NCBI GenBank assembly: GCA_965203275.1
Contig: OZ241865.1
Span: 320,001 to 384,000, forward strand
Reading direction: 5' to 3'
DNA: 64,000 nt
Source of the DNA: Bdellovibrionales bacterium
GTDB lineage: Bacteria > Bdellovibrionota > Bdellovibrionia > Bdellovibrionales > JAUICD01
Shown here: in pieces, positions 44,135 through 51,674 of the stretch
How positions within the stretch are numbered: position 1 is the first letter of the stretch
Layout: each line of letters opens with the position of its first letter
Notes under the pieces: generated by a model
Database searches by the model: none
Seen by the model: the letters and a program-made list of their open reading frames with translations, nothing else
Told to the model about the DNA's origin: nothing
Translations under genes and position numbers: made by a program

Positions 44135-45437
44135 CCGGGATCCCGGGATCTGGGATCCGGCAGTCAGGCAAGGATAAAACGAACGCTTTCTTTCCTTAAC
44201 ATTTCACTCAAAATGAGCCACACCGCTGGTGTGTTTTTTGGTGTTGCCTGCAAAGGCTTTCGCCTTTGACAAAATAGGCAACACCTAAAAAATCCGCTCA
44301 TTTTGAGTAGAGAAGGATCCTTTTATTCTTTTACACCATGTTAAGGAAATTTTTCTTTTATTGTCTTTACAATGAAGGAACTTTTTCCTTAATATTTCAC
44401 TCAAAATGAGCCACACCGCTGGTGTGTTTTTTGGTGTTGCCTGCAAAGGCTTTCGCCTTTGACAAAATAGGCAACACCTAAAAAATCCGCTCATTTTGAG
44501 TAGAGGAGGATCCTTTTATTTTTTTACACCATGTTAAGGAAATTTTTCTTTTATTGTCTTTACAATGAAGGAACTTTTTCCTTAACATTTCACTCAAAAT
44601 GAGCCACACCGCTGGTGTGTTTTTTGGTGTTGCCTGCAAAGGCTTTCGCCTTTGACAAAATAGGCAACACCTAAAAAATCTGCTCATTTTGAGTAGAGAA
44701 GGATCCTTTTATTCTTTTACACCATGTTAAGGAAATTTTTCTTTTATTGTCTTTACAATGAAGGAACTTTTTCCTTAACATGGAGTTAAGGGACGAAGGG
44801 ATCCTCCCTACTAAAAGTAAACGGACTTTTGAGGTAGCCAGCCTTTGATCGACGGCGGTAGCCGTCGGGCTGGCTACCCAAAAGTGACCAGAGGTCAGTT
44901 TACTTTTAGTGCAAAATAGAAGGTCCAAAAAGTAAGAATGATATATACAAAGAAATTGAAGTAAAAACAAATTTTAGTAGTGAGCGTCTAGCCGATCGCC
45001 TCAAAATTGACCTTTCGTTTCTCTGAAAAGGGCTTGACCTGGTGGATATATGAAATTAGAAATAGAATATTCAAGGAAAGGAAATTTTTCCTTAACATTT
45101 CACTCAAAATGAGCCACACCGCTGGTGTGTTTTTTGGTGTTGCCTGCAAAGGCTTTCGCCTTTGACAAAATAGGCAACACCTAAAAAATCCGCTCATTTT
45201 GAGTAGAGGAGGATCCTTTTATTCTTTTACACCATGTTAAGGAAATTTTTCTTTTATTGTCTTAAGAGCAAGCTCAATGCAATGAAGGAACTTTTTCCTT
45301 AACATGGAGTAAAAAAATGAGGAGATCCTCCCTACTAAAAGTAAACGGACTTTTGAGGTAGCCAGCCTTTGATCGACGGCGGTAGCCGTCGGGCTGGCTA
45401 CCCAAAAGTGACCAGAGGTCAGTTTACTTTTAGTGCA
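44135..45437. repeat. Structured repeat cluster: 193-bp unit x3 plus a repeated forward/reverse unit pair before mglA
   Basis: Units start at ~44205, 44398, 44591 and 45101; reverse units at ~44770-44912 and 45293-45437. Confidence 0.92.
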
Positions 45438-45456
45438 AAATAGATAGAAGGTCCAA

Positions 45457-46041
45457 ATGTCGTTTGTAAATTATAATGCAAAAGAAATTCATTGTAAGAT
45501 TGTCTACTATGGTCCGTCTTTAGGGGGCAAGACCACCAATGTGCAGTGGATTTTCCAAAAGACCACACAAGATCCTAAATCTAAATTAATGAGTTTAAAT
45601 ATAGAAAATGAAAGAACAGTTTTTTTTGATTTCTTACCTTTATCACTTGGTGATATTCGGGGTTTTAAAACACGCTTTCATCTTTATTCTGTTCCTGGGC
45701 AAATGGTGTATGATGCTAGTCGAAAGCTTATTTTAAAGGGGCTGGATGGTGTTATCTTTGTAGCTGATAGTCAAATAGAGAGGATGGAAGAAAACTTACA
45801 ATCTCTTGAAAATCTTAAAACCAATTTAGAACAACAAGGTTATAATATTCATCAAATTCCCTTAATTTTTCAATACAATAAAAGAGATTTACCTAATATT
45901 ATGCTTGTCAATGAGTTGCGATCGCAACTGAATAAATACAATGCTCCTGATTTTGAAGCCAGTGCAGTGCAAGGGGTTGGAGTTTTTGAATCTCTTAAAC
46001 CTCTTTCTAAAAAAATCATTAATATTTTAAAGGGTGGGTAG
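45457..46041 (+). CDS. mglA: Small Ras-like GTPase MglA
   Basis: EIHCKIVYYGPSLGGKTTN, RTVFFDFLPL, VPGQ, DGVIFVADSQ, QYNKRDL. Confidence 0.95.
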   Translation: MSFVNYNAKEIHCKIVYYGPSLGGKTTNVQWIFQKTTQDPKSKLMSLNIENERTVFFDFLPLSLGDIRGFKTRFHLYSVPGQMVYDASRKLILKGLDGVIFVADSQIERMEENLQSLENLKTNLEQQGYNIHQIPLIFQYNKRDLPNIMLVNELRSQLNKYNAPDFEASAVQGVGVFESLKPLSKKIINILKGG

Positions 46042-46057
46042 TTTTGTCTCACTTGAT

Positions 46058-47728
46058 CTAGGTATTTTTATATTGAGGTCCTCCGCCTCCTTCTGGAGGA
46101 GTCCATGAAATATTATCAAAGGGACACTTAATATCGCAGGTTTTACAGTGAATGCAATTGGTATAGTTGATTTGAAGTCTTTTTTGATTTGTTTTTTGTC
46201 CTGAATTATTTTCTTGAGGGACCATTTCATAGACATGGGCAGGGCAGAAAAAATGACAAGGGGAGCCAAATTTTTCATAACAGGTCTGGCTACAAATATT
46301 TGTATCTTGAACAAGTAAATGATTGGGTGAATCTTCTTCGTGTTGAGTACCGGTTAAATAGACACTAGAGAGTTTATCAAAAAAAAGCTTTCCATCTGGG
46401 GGTGGTAACTGATTGTCTGGATGTTTCTCTCTATCGGACCCCCATATATCTAAAATAGGTGCTGTCGTTTGAAAATCTTTTGGAATAACATGCTTTACCA
46501 TAGAACGACCTTTCATCAATGTTTGCATGGCTAATAGAGGGGCTGATACAAAGAGACCTTGACTGAGGGTGTGATGAAAGTTACGCACTTTATAAAGTTC
46601 TTTTTGAATATAACTGCTGGCAACCTTTGCTTGGTAAGATTTTAATGTTTGTTGAGAAAAGTCATTTTGAACAAGAGCATCACAGGCTACTTCTGCTGCT
46701 AACATACCTGATTTCATAGCCAGATGAATACCTTTAAGTTTTTGATCGTCTACCATTCCAGCCGTATCTCCAACGACCATCATGCTGTCATGGTAAAGTT
46801 GAGGCATAGAATGCCATCCTCCAGCGGGGATGACTCTTCCTCCATACTCGATGACTTCTCCTCCTTGGATCATTTTATAAATAAAGGGATGCTTTTTAAA
46901 TTTTTGAAGTTCTCTATGAGGATCAAACAAAGGGTCTTGTGTTGACAAGTATCCTACGAGGCCAATAATGATGCGATCTTCTTTCAATGTATAGATAAAC
47001 GTGCCACCCATAGACTCTTTGAGTGGGTATCCAAGTGTATGAATGACTTGACCGGGGGGTGTAGTGCCTTGAGGCATTTGGATTATTTCCTTAACTCCTT
47101 CAGAATAGGTGTCAGGAGCTTTGTTTTTTCTGAGATGAAGTTGTGTTGCTACTTTTTTAAAAAGGGAACCTCTAGGACCTTCTGCAAAGATAGTTATTTT
47201 AGCTTTTAGGTCCATACCCATTTCAAAGTTAGATTTTTTAAGCCCTTTTTTATCCCGCCCTTTATCGCCAGTTCTGACACCTACGATTCGGTTGTTTTCA
47301 TAAAGGGCTTGAGTGGCAGCAAAGCCAGGTAAAACATCAATGCCTAAGTTTTCTGCCTTTTGAGCTAACCATTGATTGAGTAAAGAAAGAGAGATAATAA
47401 AATAGCCTTTGTTATTGAGTGGAGGAGGTATGAAAGGAAATTTTATTTTACAGTGATCTGTTAAATAATAGATGGCTTCTTTTTTTACGGGTGTGGCTAG
47501 GCAAGCTGATAGAGCTTCAGAGATTTCTTGAGGTTCAAGGAGTTCTTTTAAGGCTATGGTATTGAGTATAGCTCCTGAAAGGCTATGGTTACCTATTTGA
47601 CAGCCTTTTTCTAAAACCAAAATAGAAGGCTGATCTATGTGCTTATTGCGTTTAATTAATTGTTGAAGGTGAATGGCTGTTGATAAACCAGCAACCCCTC
47701 CACCTATAATAAGAATGTCAACTTCCAT
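46058..47728 (-). CDS. Electron transfer flavoprotein-ubiquinone oxidoreductase
   Basis: GGGVAGL FAD motif, KGIHLAMKSG.LAAE, FCPAHVYE, NCIHCKTCDIKCP..NI.WTPPEGGGGP.Y. Confidence 0.93.
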   Translation of the reverse strand: MEVDILIIGGGVAGLSTAIHLQQLIKRNKHIDQPSILVLEKGCQIGNHSLSGAILNTIALKELLEPQEISEALSACLATPVKKEAIYYLTDHCKIKFPFIPPPLNNKGYFIISLSLLNQWLAQKAENLGIDVLPGFAATQALYENNRIVGVRTGDKGRDKKGLKKSNFEMGMDLKAKITIFAEGPRGSLFKKVATQLHLRKNKAPDTYSEGVKEIIQMPQGTTPPGQVIHTLGYPLKESMGGTFIYTLKEDRIIIGLVGYLSTQDPLFDPHRELQKFKKHPFIYKMIQGGEVIEYGGRVIPAGGWHSMPQLYHDSMMVVGDTAGMVDDQKLKGIHLAMKSGMLAAEVACDALVQNDFSQQTLKSYQAKVASSYIQKELYKVRNFHHTLSQGLFVSAPLLAMQTLMKGRSMVKHVIPKDFQTTAPILDIWGSDREKHPDNQLPPPDGKLFFDKLSSVYLTGTQHEEDSPNHLLVQDTNICSQTCYEKFGSPCHFFCPAHVYEMVPQENNSGQKTNQKRLQINYTNCIHCKTCDIKCPFDNISWTPPEGGGGPQYKNT

Positions 47729-47733
47729 AATAT

Positions 47734-48021
47734 TTAGCTTAGATTGTTTAGTTTTTTCTGTATTTCTCGTATTTTGTTCTCTGTGGACTCTGTGATTTTT
47801 GCAATGGTTGAAATATCCATGTTATTTTTAAGCATTTTTAAGATAATATCTTGCCTACCTTCTTGCCTACCTTCTTGCCTACCTTCTTGCCTACCTTCTT
47901 GCCTACCTTTCTCTCGGCCAATCTGAATGCCTTTCTCTTGGCCAATCTGAATGCCTTCTTCTCGGCCAATCTGAATGCCTTTTTTCATAGTTCCTTCTAT
48001 GGTAAAATCAAATGCTTCCAT
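47734..48021 (-). CDS. Putative internally translated Rpn C-terminal small protein (RpnS-like, 95 aa)
   Basis: In-frame ATG at 48021 preceded by AGGAGG (ttaggaggagaaaatattATG). Confidence 0.6.
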   Translation of the reverse strand: MEAFDFTIEGTMKKGIQIGREEGIQIGQEKGIQIGREKGRQEGRQEGRQEGRQEGRQDIILKMLKNNMDISTIAKITESTENKIREIQKKLNNLS

Positions 48022-48924
48022 AATATTTTCTCCTCCTAATTGTTGGGTCACTTCTTTTGAAGCTGATTGAACAACTTCTTTACTTAACTGATTATTGTAC
48101 TGATAAAAATAAGTCATCGCTTTAGTGATGAGTTCTATTATATACTTTTTATCGGTACTTTGCGACACTTTTTTCACAAATGAAAAAAATTTTATGAAAA
48201 AATCATGCTGTTCCTTTGTACTTTTTCTACTATCTAAAGACCAAATACCCTGAAATAAATGCAAAATAGGGCTGATCATTGAACCTTTTGCCTTCGCTTC
48301 TATATCATAAACCGATAGATCAAATGGTACATAAGAAAAATTCATAAGGTAAGGAGCAATAAGACTGCGAGAATGATCAGGAAAATAACCTTGAGATTCT
48401 AAGTAATCATGGAAAGAAATAGGCACTGTCCATTTTTTCATCCCGTGATAAAAAACAATAGGAATTACTGGATAACCATATTTTTCATAGACTGTAGCCT
48501 GATATTTTAACAATTGTTTTAAGACATTATGGTCTGGCCAGCTTTTGTGTTCTAAGAGAAAGATAAATTTGACTGTTTTTTGAGAGTTTTTAAGGGTCAA
48601 TGAAATAAGAAGATCTATTTGCATTTCTATACCTGCTATTAAAACATTCTTTTCTATTTTGAGCGAATCAAGGTTAAAAAGATTTAGAAATGCCTGAGAA
48701 AAAACAAGTTTTAGAAAAGCTAATATGTTCTCTACATTATCAAAAAATCTCTTGAAAGACAAGTCATGGACATGAGCTTGAGAAATAGCTTGTTGCCTTT
48801 CTTTTTGAGCTTGATTCTTAAGATGATTTTGTTTCACTTGATTCATTTTGCATAGAATAAACATATCTTGATGGAATGTCAAATACGTTTGTTTCATTGT
48901 TTCACTAAAAGTGGGCTGTTTCAC
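47734..48924 (-). CDS. Rpn-family PD-(D/E)XK nuclease (true start likely further downstream, ~48846)
   Basis: HD..FK, IDLL, LLEHKS.PD, Q..KY, PVIPIVFYHG; C-terminal G.QIG.E.G/GRQE repeats and KML..MDISTIAKIT HTH. Confidence 0.88.
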   Translation of the reverse strand: MKQPTFSETMKQTYLTFHQDMFILCKMNQVKQNHLKNQAQKERQQAISQAHVHDLSFKRFFDNVENILAFLKLVFSQAFLNLFNLDSLKIEKNVLIAGIEMQIDLLISLTLKNSQKTVKFIFLLEHKSWPDHNVLKQLLKYQATVYEKYGYPVIPIVFYHGMKKWTVPISFHDYLESQGYFPDHSRSLIAPYLMNFSYVPFDLSVYDIEAKAKGSMISPILHLFQGIWSLDSRKSTKEQHDFFIKFFSFVKKVSQSTDKKYIIELITKAMTYFYQYNNQLSKEVVQSASKEVTQQLGGENIMEAFDFTIEGTMKKGIQIGREEGIQIGQEKGIQIGREKGRQEGRQEGRQEGRQEGRQDIILKMLKNNMDISTIAKITESTENKIREIQKKLNNLS

Positions 48925-49700
48925 TAAAAGTGGTCTAGCCTCTGGCTACTTTTGGGCAATGACCGCAAAGGCTTTCGCCTTTGACAAAATGGTCATTGCC
49001 TCATTTGATTTGCACTAAAAGTAAACTAGCCTCTGGCTACTTTTGGACATTGCTCTGACAGCTATCGCTGTCCAAAAAGAGCAATGTCTCAAAAGTCCGT
49101 TTACTTTTAGTAGGGAAAGATCCTCTTGTCTCTTAACATGATGTTAAGGAAAAAGTTCCTTCATTGTAACCCGCTTGCTCTTAAGACAATAAAAGAAAAA
49201 TTTCCTTAACATGGTGTAAAGGAATAAAAAGATCCTTTTCTACTCAAAATAAATGGATTTTCTAGGTAGTTAGCCTTTGATCGACGGCGACAGCCGTCGG
49301 GCTAACTGCCAGAAAACATGCCAGAGGCATGATTTATTTTGAGTGAAATGTTAAGGAAAAAGTCGTCCTCTTTCTACCGCCCACACACGGGCGAGGTTGG
49401 CTCACTAAAAGTGGTCTAGCCTCTGGCTACTTTTGGGCAATGACCGCAAAGGCTTTCGCCTTTGACAAAATGGTCATTGCCTCAAAAGCCTGACCACTTT
49501 TAGTAATGAGGATCCTCTCGTCTCTTAACCACATGTTAAGGAAAAATTTCCTTAACATGGTGTCAGAAGCAAGGAGATCCGCTCTACTCAAAATGAGCAG
49601 ATTTTTGAGGCATTGCTCTTTTGGGACAGCGTGAGCTGTCAGAGCAATGCCCAAAAACACACCAGAGGTGTGGCTCATTTTGAGTGAAATGTTAAGGAAA
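48903..49700. repeat. Structured repeat cluster abutting the CRISPR trailer
   Basis: Units at ~49012-49155, 49200-49345, 49402-49545 and 49548-49686. Confidence 0.88.
49370..49393 (-). CRISPR. Orphan truncated CRISPR repeat (24 of 28 nt)
   Basis: ctttctaccgcccacacacgggcg, preceded by the same ~33-nt flank as the terminal array repeat. Confidence 0.85.
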
Positions 49701-49710
49701 AAGTCGTCCT

Positions 49711-50461
49711 CTTTCTACCGCCCACACACGGGCGTAACATAATGAGGCTCTAACTAAAACCCTTAAAGTTCTTTCTACCGCCCACACACGGGCGTAACAC
49801 GTTCCTAGTGAGACAATTAATGACGTTAAACTTTCTACCGCCCACACACGGGCGTAACAATTACCTCTCAGTGTAATATCCTCGTCCATTCTTTCTACCG
49901 CCCACACACGGGCGTAACAATTACCTCTCAGTGTAATATCCTCGTCCATTCTTTCTACCGCCCACACACGGGCGTAACAATTACCTCTCAGTGTAATATC
50001 CTCGTCCATTCTTTCTACCGCCCACACACGGGCGTAACTTAAAGACGATGAGTTTAGGATTCAAGTGCTTGCTTTCTACCGCCCACACACGGGCGTAACT
50101 TAAAGACGATGAGTTTAGGATTCAAGTGCTTGCTTTCTACCGCCCACACACGGGCGTAACTTAAAGACGATGAGTTTAGGATTCAAGTGCTTGCTTTCTA
50201 CCGCCCACACACGGGCGTAACGAGGTACTCTAGTCATTGCTTCTTCTTTTACACTTTCTACCGCCCACACACGGGCGTAACTCACACTCACTGCCAAAGT
50301 TGGCACACTTCTTCTTTCTACCGCCCACACACGGGCGTAACAAATTCTAAGAGAGTTTTGGAAAAAAGAAAAACTTTCTACCGCCCACACACGGGCGTAA
50401 CAAAAATCACATTGTAAGTGAAGATAGCCGGTTCTTTCTACCGCCCACACACGGGCGTAAC
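49711..50461 (-). CRISPR. CRISPR array: 13 identical 28-bp repeats (GTTACGCCCGTGTGTGGGCGGTAGAAAG), 12 spacers of 32-33 bp, 8 unique
   Basis: Read directly. Hairpin CGCCC-GTGTGT-GGGCG followed by an 8-nt handle GTAGAAAG; lies immediately downstream of cas2. Confidence 0.98.
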
Positions 50462-50503
50462 ACTTCTATAAAAACATTTAACAATAACAAATAGTTAAAC
50501 ATT
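50462..50503 (-). promoter_or_regulatory. Short AT-rich CRISPR leader with IHF-like site (50485-50497)
   Basis: taacaaatagtta is one mismatch from WATCAANNNNTTR and lies ~23 bp from the first repeat. Confidence 0.5.
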
Positions 50504-50788
50504 TCAATTTATTTCTATTAAATGATTAAAAATACCTTCATCAGTTTGACGGCTCTTTAAATCACCAAAAACATAAGAGCGAAACCCTAAGTGATGAGTC
50601 CCATCAGACCATATAAACACCACTCTAAAATCTTCATTATTTTTTCTTAACTCTTTTAAAATATCTTCTCTAATACCATTTTTAGGCCAAACCCATACAT
50701 CCATTGCAATTCTCCAGCAATATCTGCCAATGATCCCACGGGCTTTATGACTTTTTTCTTTTAAAGCATCATTAATAATAACAATCAT
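50504..50788 (-). CDS. cas2: Stand-alone Cas2 (type I-E-like)
   Basis: 94 aa overlapping the cas1 stop; RG..........VW....IREDIL..L...RVVFIW....GF...FG....DEG resembles I-E Cas2. Confidence 0.75.
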   Translation of the reverse strand: MIVIINDALKEKSHKARGIIGRYCWRIAMDVWVWPKNGIREDILKELRKNNEDFRVVFIWSDGTHHLGFRSYVFGDLKSRQTDEGIFNHLIEIN

Positions 50789-51657
50789 TTGCTTTCTTGC
50801 TTAAAAACTTCATTCAATGTTTTGACTAAATAATCTAAAACATCTATTCCTAAAACTAATTTCATAAACTGATTCTTTATTTCTGTTAAACTCCACTCTT
50901 TTTTAACAGCAAGAAAAGACAACTCTAAAGCAATCACAGGTTTAACCACATCAGCGAGATCGTAAGACAAACCTCCTCCTTTTGTCCTGCCATGCAGTAT
51001 GCCAATATTAGGATCATAACCTAAATGTAAAATTGTTAAATCTGCAAGTGAATAAGACAAAAAGTTTAAAAAAGTCAGAGGATCTTTTTTACCTCTATAA
51101 GGCTTTCCTCTTTTCACAAAAGGCACTCCATAATCAATAGCTAATAACTTATAAGCCTCTCTAGCCCATGCTCCTTCCTTTGCTAAAAGGGTATTAATAT
51201 TGTCCCCTTCTTGAGCAGATGGAAATTCAAGTAATTTCACAGAAGAATATTTTTTTATAAAAGTAGCTCTCTTTTGAAAAAGAATCTTTGCAACATTTAT
51301 TCTTCTTTTCTCATCAAATATGACATCATGTTGCCTGATACGAGGAGAAGGAGATCTATGCTGTGTAGAGCATAAATAAAGAGGAGCAGCATTCCCACCC
51401 ATCACACCAATCAAGCAACCTCTCGATGAGATAATTCTCATAGATTCTGATGTGATACTTGTCCCTGGCCCTAAAAACAACCCCCCTATTCCACACACAG
51501 GAATAGAATACTCCTCTTTTAAACCCTTCTTGAAAATTCTTATATCGTTATCCTTTCTCTTGATCTTACTATATTCTATATAATAAAAAGGAATTCTTCT
51601 CGATAGAGGAATCAAGGGTTGTACTTCATCAATACTTATATACTTTCTTTTATTCAT
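50785..51657 (-). CDS. cas1: Cas1 (I-E/I-F clade)
   Basis: IP.....LFLGPGTSIT..SMR, KEG...R..Y, N..SY, LGY.P.IGILHGRT.GGGL.YDLAD..K. Confidence 0.92.
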   Translation of the reverse strand: MNKRKYISIDEVQPLIPLSRRIPFYYIEYSKIKRKDNDIRIFKKGLKEEYSIPVCGIGGLFLGPGTSITSESMRIISSRGCLIGVMGGNAAPLYLCSTQHRSPSPRIRQHDVIFDEKRRINVAKILFQKRATFIKKYSSVKLLEFPSAQEGDNINTLLAKEGAWAREAYKLLAIDYGVPFVKRGKPYRGKKDPLTFLNFLSYSLADLTILHLGYDPNIGILHGRTKGGGLSYDLADVVKPVIALELSFLAVKKEWSLTEIKNQFMKLVLGIDVLDYLVKTLNEVFKQESK

Positions 51658-51674
51658 TTTTTAATTAACATATT

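Noticed and set aside
44190..44790. 193-bp and 215-bp tandem units as a second CRISPR array
   Set aside because: Whole units are duplicated, with no short repeat and unique spacer pattern.
44285..45197. Repeated 69-99-aa ORFs (also 398-583, 25732-26022, 30803-31448, 38413-38811, 49427-49678, 62027-62638)
   Set aside because: They lie wholly within the structured repeats. Covariation preserves base pairing rather than codons, and there is no consistent RBS or frame.
49692..50450. ORFs 49692-50027, 50115-50450 and 50187-50417 with YARVWAVE repeats
   Set aside because: They are translations of the CRISPR array.
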